From Eledone cirrhosa (Eukaryota), in assembly GCA_964016885.1 (NCBI GenBank), contig OZ024747.1, positions 42,594,001 through 42,658,000 on the forward strand: a stretch of 64,000 bases of DNA, in the 5' to 3' direction. The first letter of the stretch is position 1. Each line of letters begins with the position of its first letter. The position numbers and the translations under genes are program-made. Positions 39,432 to 52,762 of the stretch are shown one piece after another. The notes under the pieces were generated by a model, which was not told where the DNA came from, made no database searches, and saw only the letters and a program-made list of their open reading frames with translations.

Positions 39432-40152
39432 TATATATATATGCAAATATATATATATATACACACAAATACATATATATAGATGCAACTGGTCCTAGCT
39501 AGTTCCGTCAACTTTATATATATATATATATATTTAGGACTAATGAAGGTTAATCCTTGAAATGATACTTGGTTTTATATATCATGAAAAAAACCTCAGA
39601 CACTCAGAGATGAAGTGCTAACTGGACATGTTTTTAGTTGCTTCTGTTGTCATCTTCTGGTATAAATACATGAAGCTTATGTATATTCTCACAAGATCTG
39701 CTACTTACATTTGACAATCATTTTATCTAAGGCATGTAAAGTTTAACACTATAATGATTATTGTTGATAATTCTTAATGCTTCAAAAATTATCCTCTTAT
39801 GAGAGGAAAACAAAATTGAAAGTTTGGATAAGATCAAGAGATTCAATAAGTTTGAACAACAATATTGCATGCAACCAATTATAATATCTGGCAGTTCTTG
39901 TAGCATCTACAGTCATGCTTGGAGATTTTCCAATCATTCTTTTCTGTACATTAATAATTTAGGTGTTATACAGTTCCTCTTTTATAATTCAATTGACACC
40001 AAAAGAATGTATCATAAGAATCAACCCTAGTGCTTGACTGGTATTTTATTTTATCAACCCTAAAAGGAAGAAGGCCAAAACAGGTATCAACACAATTTGA
40101 ATTCAGAAACTAAAGGACTGCAACTAAATACTGCAGGTATCTTTGTCCAATA

Positions 40153-40363
40153 TTAACCCATTACCATTTACATTATCCTATATTTACTATTGTATTTTCA
40201 CAGTAAAGGCTTTATCTCATATCGAATCTATGAGATTTTGATATTATTTATTTTGAGAACAATACCTTAACGTTGGTATGAACAGCTGGTTACAACCAGT
40301 TTGAACAGAAAAAGGTGAGAGAATTCTGGATGGATATGGCTGGTTTAAATGCTAAAGGGTTAA
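40153..40363. mobile_element. TTAA-flanked MITE copy
   Basis: ttaacccattaccattt ... aaatgctaaagggttaa. Confidence 0.78.
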
Positions 40364-41669
40364 CAACTCTGCCAAATTCTTCTCTGTATTGAGTGTCCTT
40401 TATAGAAACCATGAAATTCTAACAGCAGATATGAACTAGGACATTAAACTGTTATATTCTCTAAGCTTTTCATAAATATACCTAACATAAATATAGCATA
40501 TATATATCAGAAATATATCAAATATACTATACATAAAACAATCTGAATTTTACTGTCATGTTGTTTTTGTGTAGCCGTAAGCCAGCCCTGATCAAACAGA
40601 CCTATAGTTAAAGCCAATCCAGCTATGATCAACTTGTTTATTTATTACAAACATCGTGTATCTTGGACTACATTATCCAGTGTGTCTTCTTTTTTTCCCC
40701 TTAATATAAGCGAGATTTGACTGCTATTCCCACAGGGTTGAGCAGTCAATTGTTTTACACTGTCATGTGCTTTTTATTGGCATGAGAGCTACAAAACTTC
40801 CATTAATATATAGTTTAATAGTTAAAGTAAGGTTTACAAAAATACAACTAAAAGTGACAACAGTAAAAAATATGAAATCAATATATTTTCAGGAAATTTA
40901 TAAACTCCTTGGAAACACTTCCAATTTTCAATTTATCTGAACACTAGCTGTTATCATTGATTATCAGTGAAGCGTGTAAACATACGATGCTTTATCTAAT
41001 TATCTACATCACTTCCTACTTGAATAAAACAAGGGCAAAGGTATCAATACAGAACAGCAATTAAGAGTCTAATTTCCATAATATTAGAGAAAACAAGTTG
41101 AATCTTGTTGATTTAATAGTGCTGAGAAAATCTTGTGATAGAGTTGTTGTGTACAGGGTATTGAGCTGTGTTACAAGCTTCATGCAAGTGCTGTCTAATG
41201 CACAAACAATTAGATGTTTGAATATGTGACTCATTGCTAAAGCAGTATGAAAAATATTGTGTCCTTATGATTGATTTCAGAAATTTTGTCTCAGATCACA
41301 GAATATACATGCTATGCATTTACTACTATATTGTAGTATGTTGTTAGAATGACAGATAGAATACTTTGTGCTATTCATTCTAGTTCTCTGCATTCTATGA
41401 GTTCAAAACCTGCCAAGATCAACGTTTTCTTTCATCCTTTTCAGGCCAATAAAGGTCCATTATTAGGTGTCAATTCTTCCTTATATTTCTTTCTCACAGG
41501 GAGGAGAAGAAGAGAAAATAAAGGTACGGAGGATTTAGTCAAAATATCCTTTGCTAGCAAGTAAAGGGACATTATACAATGATTATGATGAATTCAAAAG
41601 AGAAGCTACATTTTAGAATGTAATATTCAACTAATTAAATCTCAACCTTGTTTTCTGAGCTTCACTTCT

Positions 41670-41862
41670 ATAAATTCTGTCAAGTGCACCAGTGTCTGTC
41701 ACCATAGATTCTGTCAAGTGCACCAGTGTCTGTCACCATAAATTCTGTCAAGTGGATCAGTATCAGTCACCATAGATTCTGTCAAGTGCACCAGTTTCTG
41801 TATGTACAGATTCTGCCAGGTGTACCAGTGCCTGTGTGCATAGATCTGTCAGATGCACCATA
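41670..41862. repeat. 34-bp minisatellite, ~5.5 copies
   Basis: atagattctgtcaagtgcaccagtgtctgtcacc units. Confidence 0.85.
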
Positions 41863-43271
41863 TTATCTGAATGCAGAAGTTGGAATGTGGAATTATGTTT
41901 TAACTTATCTTTGGAATATAGGAGTGTCAAGAGAAAGTATATAGTACAATAAAAGTCCTCAACACAAAAGAAATGTCCTACCAAAAGAATAAATTTCTGC
42001 TGGCAAGGTAAGAATGTATTAAAACTACCAGTCTAAAGGTACAGTGTAACAACTATTTGAAATCTATGCTACCATCCCCCCTGCTGACCCTCTGCTGAGA
42101 GCACATTTAGTGTTAGGATACAGAACTAACCATTTTAAAGTGTTCACATTTAAATTAAAACCTTCAATCATGGTTTTATAAGAGAATCTTGTTAGTTATG
42201 TTCAAAATACTAATTCCTAATGCTACATGAAATGTATAAAACAGCTCTATGAATATATCACATTAAATATTAGAGTTTAAAACTGCAAACTGTTATAATG
42301 ATCTGTTGAAAGATACTATAAACACTTGAGTTAATAAACCTGTTTTTTTTAGACATTTTCTGCTAAATCATTACAGGAGGCTAAGAGTTAATAAAAAATG
42401 TCAGTAGGCTTACTTAATTCCTCTAAATTCTTCAATTAGTTTCAAAATCAATTGATAAGCACTGTAGATCATTAGAAATATTGTCACGAAAGAGGTTAAA
42501 TAAAATACTTTTAAAATTCCTATTAATTTGTTAGATGACACAGCATTTTTTACTGTATGGATATATTTTTGTTAATTATTTTTTTATGTGTGAAATAATT
42601 AATATATTTGGTAAAAGCTTTTACACATTGCAAGGAGAATTGCTTTTACAAGAGGGTATTTTTTAGTCATGAAATAATGGTGAGGTATATTGTCAGCCAA
42701 GCATACTGAGGAAAACAAAACCAGATGCCATAAACAGAGAGAACTATATTACATTATGTGCCTTAATCGTGGGCCCAGAACAATGAGTAATTAAATTTAT
42801 GACCATTTAACACATTAAGTTCGGAGATTTTACATTAACTTCACTGTTAATGTGCATGCTTTGTACACCCTTACAATACAATTATAATTCAACTATACTG
42901 TTAGCTACAGCTGATAAGACAGGACTTATTATATTTATGCTCCTGTGATCGTTTGTTTTCCAGTTTGTAAAACCAAGCCAAATATTTAACCCCCTCTGCT
43001 ATAGGTACCTACTTCCACTGCCAACAGACAGCTCCTTTCAACTAATACCCATATATTTGTATTACATGTCTGAATCATTTATCCTGAATACAATAGCTGG
43101 TATTTCTAATGCCCAACCCCCGCTCTCTCGCTCTCTCTCATAACTTAAATATATAGGCTTTAGTACTACTGACTTGGTGAATGTAGACCCGTCCAACCCT
43201 TGCTAACAGGGAGAGTGTATGTTAAATGATGATGATGATGATATATTTTCATATATATATATATATATATA

Positions 43272-43540
43272 GGGTGATGTGTTGTTTCCTTGAGCAAGAC
43301 ACTTTATTTCACATTGCTCCAGTTTACTCAGCTGTATAAATGAGATGATAGGACTGGGGTCACCTATCATTCCACTGTAAAGAGGACGTGTAGGCGCCAC
43401 GGAAAAAAGCACCCAGCACTCACTGTAAATGAGGTTGGTGTTAGGAAGGGCATCCAGCTGTAGAAATCAAGCCAGAATCAGTTCCCATCCCACCCTAGCA
43501 AGCAGGGAAAAGTGGATGTAAAAATGATGATGATGATGAT
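43272..43540 (+). mobile_element. 5'-truncated SINE family 1 copy
   Basis: Starts at gggtgatgtgttgtttccttgagcaagacac after (TA)n; RTE-B tail. Confidence 0.85.
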
Positions 43541-43554
43541 GTGTATATATAAAA

Positions 43555-44071
43555 ACATGGCTTTAAAAATGAGGCCTGTTTGCATAGTTGCAAACAAATC
43601 GAATATTATTATTAATATTCGAAAAACTCAGATTACATTTATTGTGTTCAGCCATGTAGAGTGAACATTTTTTTTTTATTTGAATATGGCAAAGCCGGCC
43701 ATTGTTCGCTCATATACAGGAAACTGACTGGCCAGTCTGCTGATATGCAAATATGGCTGATCAGTGGATCTGCTAATATGCAGATTTGACTGATCAGCCA
43801 GTCTGCTTATATGCAAATCAGGCTGATCAGTCACTGTATATTTTTGAAAATACCATATATTTTCACTAGCTCTGCAGTTTGGCAGGTGAACAGTGAACTG
43901 TACTGATGAAGGGTAATACCCAGAAACATTAGTGTCTGCAGTTCTGTTTACATGCCAACACAAGAGCAAGAATGAGGGGCTCATTCTACTGACATGGCTT
44001 TAAAAATGAGGCGTGTTTGCATAATTGCAATTGAATCAAATATTATTAATATTCGAAAAACTCAGATTACA
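43555..44071 (+). mobile_element. 437-bp monomer plus ~80-bp terminal redundancy carrying a hammerhead; retrozyme-like
   Basis: Direct repeats acatggctttaaaaatgagg...gaaaaactcagattaca at 43555-43637 and 43992-44071; internal 33-bp repeats at 43725-43835. Confidence 0.75.
43879..43958 (+). ncRNA. Canonical type-I hammerhead ribozyme with long helix I
   Basis: ttggca(g)gtgaaca(gt)gaactgta-CTGATGA-a-gggt(aat)accc-a-GAAAC-a(ttag)t-GTC-tgcagttc-tgtttac(a)tgccaa. Confidence 0.88.
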
Positions 44072-44384
44072 CACACACACACACATATATATATATGTAT
44101 GTTTGTGTAATATATATATATATATACACACACACACTGCAGGGTTTTTTTTCTGTCTCCTTTTTCCATAGGTTCCATTACTCTGTACTTCTTCATGTAG
44201 ATAACTTCCATTTAAATCACATGCTTTACCTATACATCTCATTTCTGATCTATCAACTTTTTGTCATCAATAAATTTGTGCTCTGCCATTCACATACACT
44301 AACATTAAATATCAAGCAATGCTCACTTCAGTTCTTTCCATTCTTCATAAATCCTCTGCATTATGTCTTGCTACCATACAATAA

Positions 44385-44572
44385 TTGTTTCTACTTTTTG
44401 GCACAAGGCTAGCAATTACCCAGTGCATTACTGGTAATTTATTTTATCGACCCCCTAAGGATGAAAGTGCAAAGTTAACCTCAACGGGATTTGAACTCAG
44501 ACCGTAAAGGGACGTAACTATGCTAGAAAGCATGGCATCCAACCCTCTACCGATACTGCCAATTCACCGCCT
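44385..44572 (-). mobile_element. SINE family 2 (tRNA-like head); diverged copies near 18030, 19430, 49720, 49940, 50455, 51920, 63160 and 63380
   Basis: Minus strand ggcggtgaattggcagtatcggtag...gagttcaaatcccgttgaggttaactttgc...gataaaataaattaccag...ccttgtgccaaa. Confidence 0.7.
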
Positions 44573-44579
44573 TACCATA

Positions 44580-45215
44580 CAATGATGCAGTTCATACATT
44601 AGCATTTTATAATCTGTCCTTCACTTTGAGAGAGAAACAATTTGTTACCAGCAACTCTTTCCACCATTTACTTATTCTAGTTACTATGCCTTCAGAACAT
44701 CCACTTCTACAGCTAATTAGACCACCTAGGTACTTAAACTTCCCTACTGTCCAAGCATTTGAGAGAATCTGTTTCATGGGTATACTTACTGCTTCTGTGT
44801 ATCTGTTTTGTATGAAGATGACCTTTTCTGTTGGCCTGCCACTATATCTCTTATGTGTTCATATTTTACACAAGGTACACTGTATGGAAATCCAACCTAC
44901 CCAGACATTTCCCTGGTGGTATTAGAAAGAGTTCTGTGTTTTTTTCCTACTTACTAAAACTTTAGCCTTTGCTATGTTAACTTTGAGGCTTTTTAATTCC
45001 AGGGTTTGTTTCTATGTCTGGAATTTTTTTCTCTAAAACTGTAACAAATTCAGTTATAAGAATTAGGTCAACAGCATATAGATGTTCCCACACACATCCA
45101 TTCTTAAACTCCACTGTTGTGGCCTGGAGGACTATAATAAACAGAAGGTGGCTGATGACTGAGCCATGACAGACCTCTACTTGCATGCTAAATTTGTTGC
45201 AATATTCATTACTAT
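44580..45215 (-). mobile_element. Old RTE RT fragment
   Basis: HGSVISHLLFIIVLQATTVEFKNGCVWEHLYAVDL, followed by degenerate downstream RTE sequence. Confidence 0.75.
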
Positions 45216-45833
45216 TCATTACTATTATTTACAATATTCATTACTATTCAATATTCATTACTATTCATATTATGAAATATAATATTGTGTGAAATATAAA
45301 TATCAATGTCTTCTACCACTTGTATAATACTATGTAATGTAAATATGATCTTTAATTGCAACTTGTGCTATATTATGGAACATTAAAACCACTGAAAAAT
45401 GTAACAAGGGACAAATGCACTCAGTAGATAGACAACGAGATAAAATGTGAAAACAAATATGTATGAGTGTCTGCTGAAATATAATACAGTAAATATAATA
45501 CAGTAAATATTTTTATTCTTACTTTACTTCTCACTTTATCTAATCCTTATCCTTCACTGTCTTACTTTCTCCCCCTCCACAACCGCACTACCTCTCACTT
45601 TGCCTAGAAGAAGAAGACATACTAAACCCCAGCTTAATAACATGGTTAGTTATTTTAGTAAATTCCCTCAAATTGTTGATTATTAATTAAATTAATTGAA
45701 AACCATAGGCAGTGTATTTCATTAGAAATATGGTAATGAAATGGTTAAGAGAACAATAACAAGGACTTAGTAAAATACAAACTCCATACGCCATCATTTT
45801 TGACAGGATGGGTATACTAGTATAACTAGCATA

Positions 45834-46718
45834 TACAAGGGCTGGCTAAAAAATTCATAGGCTGACCAAGATATTCTCATGGAATAACCAAATGAGGCTT
45901 ATTTTTTTCAACATATATCAGCGTATGGTTTTTTTTATTCCGGGGTCATTCTGCAGATAAAAATCGATAGGGTAGGGTCACCTTTTTTTAGGTATCGAAA
46001 AATGAGATTTTTGGCTCTAGCTCCCACCGATTTCGTTCAAATTTTAAAGCAAAATAGAATTTATCATTGCACATCCTGTAATGGCTTTATATTTTGCATT
46101 TGTTGTTCAGGGACGGCATGGCAGCCGCTTAAATATAACAAAAAGAACACTTTTAGACTAAAATTTCCACTTTTTCGGCTCTAGCTCCCACATTAATCAA
46201 CCTACTTTGTTCAAATTTTACATTACGCTAGATCTGAGTATTTCACGCCTTAAAGTGGCTTTAAATTTTGGATTTTTTTGTTCAGGAACGGCGTGGCAGC
46301 CGCTTAAATAATCGAAAATACCTCCTTTTTGCTGAACTTCTTAATTTTCTCCAAATAAAACAAGTTTTCCGTTGGTATATTTTCGTGAGTTTTTAACAGG
46401 CACTCACAAATAAACGTTTCTCATTGGAGGTGCTATTACCAATGTTCTTACCCATGCAACGCCGGGATACACTGCTAGTAAGTTATATATATATGTTGTG
46501 ATGTCACTGGTGTCAAGCTGTATCAGCCATTGCCTTTCCCTTGGACAACATATATAGTGTATAATATATATTGTACACAGTAAATATAATATATATATAT
46601 AATGTATATAAAATTGCAGTTATTAATAAGAAGACTTGAAATTAATGCATGCAAGATTTCATAGCTCTAGGATCATTCCTTCATAGTCAGCCTATGAACT
46701 TTTCAGCAGATGCTCATA
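45834..46718. mobile_element. Mariner/Tc1-like non-autonomous element interrupted by a Helitron-like insert
   Basis: Imperfect TIRs tacaagggctggctaaaaaattcataggctgac / gtcagcctatgaacttttcagcagatgctcata. Confidence 0.55.
45918..46478 (+). mobile_element. Helitron-like insert (5' boundary approximate)
   Basis: Two internal direct repeats (ggctctagctccca...ggcagccgcttaaata) and 3' cccatgcaacgccgggatacactgCTAG|T. Confidence 0.65.
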
Positions 46719-47564
46719 CATATTCGTTTTCACATTTTATCTTGTTGTTTATCTACTGAGTGCATGCCTTTGTCCTTTCCATCCACAAACTGCCTTTGCT
46801 GCCCATCTATAATTTTATGCAGGATTTAGATTTTAATGCTTTCCGATCTAGATAATTTTAAAAAGAATTTTTAATAAAAAGAAATGTTTGTATGCTGCCT
46901 GGAAATACATTTTTAGCCATATGCTGAGATTTATTACAGATAGTGTTAGCTATTGCAGAAGCTAGTAAATTGATTACCCCAGTGTGAGATCTTTTGTCAG
47001 AGCAGTTAATATTTGGGTTTGGCTGGGATATCTATTCTATCTATTGCAGTGTAGGGTGTGTCTTGTCTAGGGCTGGTTTTTGTATGACTCAGCTCATTAT
47101 TTAGAAAGGAGGGGCCCTATTTGGTTTCATCTTCAGAAGTATGACAAGTAAAACATAGTTTATATATAAACAAAGTTTAATAAAATGGTGTTTACACACA
47201 TGAGTGCGTATATCTATTTATGTGCATGTATGTGTGTTTATGAGTGTGTGTAAGTGTTTATGCATGTGCGTTTGTGTGTGTGTGTTTATATGTGAATGCA
47301 TATGTGTGCTTGTGTATATGCATACATACTTTCTTACAAACATAGCTGAAAAGGATAATGACATTTCTTGAAATCATAAAAATGTAGAACTCTAATTAAA
47401 AGTAAAGAACATTGCTAACAATCTATAGAAATCTTGTCTTAAATTTCATATTCTGGTAGAATTTGTCAAAGTTATTCTTTAATTGGTTGGCTGGTTTTAG
47501 ACTCCACAACATAACTTGGTATTCAATGCCAGTTATATAAGCTATGCAACTTTTTATGCTTGTT

Positions 47565-48195
47565 GTGGATGTAGCATGGCTAAATACTTAAGACGTTCTC
47601 TTCGCAATCATTAGGTCCTCAGTTTAATCCCACTGCATGGCATCTTGTACAAGTGTCAATTATTATAGCCTCGAGTTGACCCATGCATTACGAGTAAAAT
47701 TAAGTAGACAGAAACTATTTAGAAGCCTGTCAGATGGACTGTACCTGTAATTTATAGGGCCAGCTTTGTCACACACTGTGTCACACTGAATTTCTTTGTT
47801 ACACACTGTGCCATATTGAATCTCCCTAAGAATTACATTATGGGTACATGTATCTGTAAAATGTTCAGTTACTTGCACTGTAATGTGTGATTGACTGTAC
47901 TCGTAATTCAAAGGGCCAGCCTTGTTACATACAATGCCACACTGAATCCCCTTGAGAATAACATTAAGAGTACATGTTTGTAGAATGCTCAGGCAATTAA
48001 CACTATAATACTGTAATTCAAACGGCCAGCCTTGTATCACACAGTGTGTCATGTAGAATCTCTCTTAGAATTATGTTAAAGGTACACATATCTGTGGAAT
48101 GCTCAGCCATTTACATGTTAATTTCATGAGTAGGCTGCACCATTGATCAAACAAACGGAACACTCATCATTGAAACTGATGGCGGTCCATGGAAC
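47565..48195 (+). mobile_element. Old SINE-like element with three tandem ~130-bp internal repeats
   Basis: Degenerate tRNA-like head, then repeated taattcaaagggccagccttgt...tgaatctcc..agaattacattaa..gtaca. Confidence 0.5.
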
Positions 48196-48330
48196 CAAAC
48201 TTCTTTAATTATTCATTATGTTAAACAAGTTTGTATATAGTTCAATTGTTAAAATCTTGTGACATGATCAAACTTATGAACTTTTAATTTCAAGACTCAG
48301 CTAATGACATCTATTATTCCAGTAGCTTTA

Positions 48331-48551
48331 TTAACCTTTTAGCATTTAGACCGGTTGTATCTGGCCAGAATTCTCTTACCTCTTTCTGTTTAAACTGGCC
48401 GTAAATGGATGGTCATACTGATGTTAAGGTATTGTTCTCAAAATAAATAACATCAAAATCTCATAGATACATTATTATGTGAGATAATTATGTAATTTTA
48501 CCACAAAAATACAGTAGTATATAAAGAATAATGTAAATGCTAAAGAGTTAA
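48331..48551. mobile_element. TTAA-flanked MITE copy
   Basis: ttaaccttttagcattt ... aaatgctaaagagttaa. Confidence 0.78.
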
Positions 48552-48871
48552 GACAACATTAGGCAAGGTATCAAGCCATAGAAAATCCAGTCAGAAACGG
48601 AATATATGAACAAGAGCTTGGCACCTGAAAATATGGTATACATATGGTGAGATGAAAATATGGCATACATATGGTGAGATGAAACTATGATATGGATATC
48701 ATGAACTGCAAATTCCTAAGAATATTCTCAAAGCTGAATTCTTAGGCTTTTAAAAATATTTTGAAACAACTTTATCAATTTTGAAATTGAATGTTTTCAA
48801 GAATCTTAACTTATTATAACTACAGAAAAACAAATACTTCTAACATGATAGAATATTCTAATACATCATAT

Positions 48872-49265
48872 GGAGGCACATGGCTTAGTGGTTAGAGCAT
48901 TGGCCTTGCAATCGAAAGGTTGTGAGTTCAATTCTCAGACCGGGTGATGTGTTGTTTCCTTGAGTAAGACACTTTATTTCACATTGCTCCAGTTTACTCA
49001 GCTGTAGAAATGAGATGATAGGGACTGGGGTCCATATCATTCCACTGTAGAGTGGTCGTGGAGGTGCCACAGCAAAAAAGCACCCAGTACACTGTAAAGT
49101 GGTTGTGTAGGCGCCACGGAAAAAAAGCACCCAGCACTCACTGTAAATGAGGTTGGTGTTAGGAAGGGCATCCAGCTGTAGAATCAAGCCAGAATCAGTT
49201 CCCGTCCCACCCTTGCAAGCAGGGAAAAGCGGACGTAAAAATGAAATGAAATGATGATGAATGAT
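48872..49265 (+). mobile_element. SINE family 1 copy (most complete)
   Basis: A box tggcttagtgg, B box gagttcaattc, duplicated aaaaagcacccag module, RTE-B tail. Confidence 0.9.
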
Positions 49266-50814
49266 CATGGGAAATCATCATGGTTATCATCATCATCATC
49301 ATCACCATCACCAATGTTTAATATCTATTTTTCTGTCTAGCATGGGTTGTACAGGCCTGACATACAGCCTAACACCACTCATTCTAATATTGTTATCTCA
49401 TCTGCCAATCCTAACATCCAGAAAACTGACAGAGCCAATTCTTTTCAGGCTTCCCTCAGTCTTTTTCAACCATAACTACCCTCCACTCTCAGTACTCTTT
49501 TTTCCACAGCATTTCATTGTTCATTCATTTAACATCCAATGTGTAGAAACACAGTTATTTTGTTTAGATTTCTTGAGATGACAAATTATTCTACTCTTAT
49601 CATGCCTGGATAAGCTTATAAGCATATCTCAATCTTCAAAATATGTTTTATACATCATAGTATGAAAGAGCATGCTCATATCTCAGCCTTGATAGGATTG
49701 AAATAATTGTTTATATTTTTGGCACAAAATCAGTAATTTAAAGGGAAGGGGAAAGTCGATTAAACTGAACCCAGTGCGTTACTGGTACTTTATTTTATTG
49801 ACCCTGTCAGGATAAATGGTAAAGCTAACCTCAGCAAAATTTAAAATCAGAACAATAAAGGGCAATAACTATGTTGTCCGATGCTCCATTGATACTGCCA
49901 ATCCACTGCTCTTAGGATTGAAATAATAAGAGTGACCAAGTGGTAGATTGGCAGAATTGTTAAGACAAAATACTTTGCGGCATTTAGTTATGGCTCTTTA
50001 CATACTGAGTTCAAATCACACCAATATCAGCTTTTCCTTTCATTCTTCCAGGGTCAATAAAACAAAGAACCAGTCATGTTCTGGGATAAATGTAATCAAC
50101 TTTCTTCTTTCAAAACAATTGTTGACCATGTGCCTAAATTAGAGACTATAGTAAAGGTTAAGTTGGTGAATTAGCATAGTGATTAGGGTGCCAGATTAAA
50201 AATGTCCTGGTATTTGTTCTGGCTCACCGGACTGAGTTTAAATGTCATCAAAGTTAACTAAGTCTTTCATCCTTTCAAGATTAATAAAGTACCAGTCCAG
50301 TACATGGTTCAATTCTTGGAAGAAATTGACTGTGTCTTGATTTGAAAAGTGGTGGGTTCCACTAGGTTTCAAGACATGCCCAGTATCATGACAGTGCTTC
50401 TATGACTCCACCAGGAGTTAAGGGCCCTTTACTTTTTCATTATTATAGTATAGCCGAGGTTAACTTTGCCTTTCATCCTTACGGGGTTGATAAAATAAAG
50501 TACCAGTAATACACTGGGCAATTGCTGGCCTTGTGCCAAAAGTAGAAACAATTATTATAGTATAGCCTAATGCTGATCCCAGACTATCAGTTAGTTGTTG
50601 AATGAAGAAAAGATTAAAGAGGCGGTTGGGAACCAATACTTTAAGAAATCAACAGTGCCAATAAAGAAGAAAGAAAACAGCTAACTCTTCCTATCAGATG
50701 AGATAAAAACTGACAGAGGAAGCAATCGATAACAACAATGACAACAACAATACCAATGTCAACAACTTGTACACATAAAATTAATGACTTTTGCCTTCAA
50801 TTACACAAACTAGC

Positions 50815-51215
50815 CAACATGTAGTACCAATCTGTTGTAGTGATATTAGTTCTACTAGTGCTAAAGTATCAATCTGTTGAAGTGATATTAGTTCTACTAG
50901 TGTACCAATCTACAGTACCAATCTATTGAAGTTATACTAATTCTTGTTTCTACTTTAGGCACAAGGCCAGCAATTACCCAGTGCATTACTGGTACTTTAT
51001 TTATACTAATTCTACTAGTTATTTAGTACCAATCTGTTGAAGCAATAGTTCTAGCACTATAGGACCAATCTGTTTAACTAATAGTTCTAACAGTACTACA
51101 GTACTGTTGAAGTGATATTTCTATTAGTATTACAGCATCAATCTACTGAATATATATTAGTCTTACTAGTGCTATAGCCAATATAAATTACCAATGAAAG
51201 AGATACTGGTTCTAC
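50815..51215. repeat. Degenerate ~40-bp tandem repeat interrupted by a SINE family 2 fragment
   Basis: Recurring gtaccaatctgttgaagtgatattagttctactagt. Confidence 0.6.
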
Positions 51216-51707
51216 AAGAGTTATATATACTACAACTAATAGAATTCAGTTCAGAGATGGTAACATTAATGTATTTTATAAGAGAACAGTCTAGTTAAAT
51301 TTTAAAATAGCAAAAGAAATTGTTCAACAGTAACAAATATCTAATAGAATTATTAAATTAGCAAATTCATTACATTTCTTTTATTCTATTTTTCCTTTGA
51401 ACAAACATTTCTATTTCATTGTTACCACATAAACTTTAGTTGATTTCTATTGTTGGGTTTATTAACTTAGTTTCACTTCACATATTTTCTGATGGTGTAG
51501 ATTTGGGGAATTAAATACTCAAAGTGGTTAACTGTGCTAATTAATAATTGAATATCTTCATATCAGATGACTCTCATTCTTAACAATACTGATCTTTCTA
51601 TACATAATTCAGTTTATACTTTCCTTTATGATTAAATGATAGGCAATAAATATTGATTTCTTATTCAGGCACAAGGCCAGTAAATTTGAGAGAAAGAGTA
51701 AAGTTGA

Positions 51708-51908
51708 TTAACCCTTTAGCATTTATATTACTCTATATTTACTATTGTATTTTAATGGTAAAGGCTTTACCTTACATAATATCAAATCTACGAGATTTTG
51801 ATGATATTCATTTTGATAACAATACCTTAACATAAGTATGAGCAGCTGGTTACGGTTGGTGTGAACAGAAAGAGGTAAGAGAATTCTGGCCGGATACGGC
51901 TGGGTTAA
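51708..51908. mobile_element. TTAA-flanked MITE copy with a shortened right end
   Basis: ttaaccctttagcattt ... ggctgggttaa. Confidence 0.72.
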
Positions 51909-52275
51909 ATCATAGTATTTGACTGGTATTTTATTTTATCAACCCTGGGAGGGGGGGGGAGATAGATAGAGGGCAAAGTTGACCTCACCTGGATTCAAAA
52001 TCAGAATATAAAGGGCCAGAAAAATACGCCAATAACATTTAAGCTGATGTTCTATCAATTTTGTCAGTCCCTCATCCTGACGATAGGTGATAAATATGAT
52101 AAACATTTCTTAGATAAGCGTCACAAAGAGTCAATTTAAACAAATAAAACTTTCTCATTTATAAGCAATTTACAAATTTGTAGTAGGTCTAGAGCTCAGA
52201 TCAACAGTTATAGACAAGTTGAAATAGAAATGAAATATATAAATGCCTTTTGTGTTTTAAAAGTAATCAACAAAG

Positions 52276-52316
<41 letters not shown>

Positions 52317-52398
52317 AAAGTTCTATTTAAATTGTTGGGATACAACAAGCAAATATTTTTATAACTGATATAAAGCACTTGACAAGTATTTGGAGTAA

Positions 52399-52762
52399 AT
52401 ATACGATATTAACAAATGGAAACTATATTTATAAAACCATATCTATTTTATTATACATATTTCAAGGATACCATGTTAAATTATGGTATGCTTTCATCAG
52501 ACAAAATACAATATATACCAGTTTTATAAATAAATATTGACATACCCTTTCAAAATGCGACCGTTACTTTTGGAAGACATCAGGGATAGTCTTCCAAAAG
52601 TAACGGTCGCATTTTGAAAGGGTATGTCAATATTTATTTATAAAACTGGTATATATTGTATTTTGTCTGATGAAAGCATACCATAATTTAACATGGTATC
52701 CTTGAAATATGTATAATAAAATAGATATGGTTTTATAAATATAGTTTCCATTTGTTAATATC

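Noticed and set aside
39535-39590. Hammerhead-like ctaatga-agg..cctt-gaaa-tgata..tatca-tg next to (TA)n
   Set aside because: G5 is mutated, the triplet ends in G and there is no helix I. It may be a dead relic but is not supportable.
42405-42480. Apparent minus-strand exon with ag/gtaag boundaries
   Set aside because: The sequence matches a degenerate dispersed repeat (cattagaaatat..aa..ggttaa) seen several times in the window.
43676-43984. 102-aa ORF with DQ-LHISR repeats
   Set aside because: It is antisense to the hammerhead element, driven by a 33-bp repeat, and has no splice or homology support.
48872-48945. tRNA gene
   Set aside because: It has A/B boxes but continues into the SINE body with no proper acceptor stem, so it is a SINE head.
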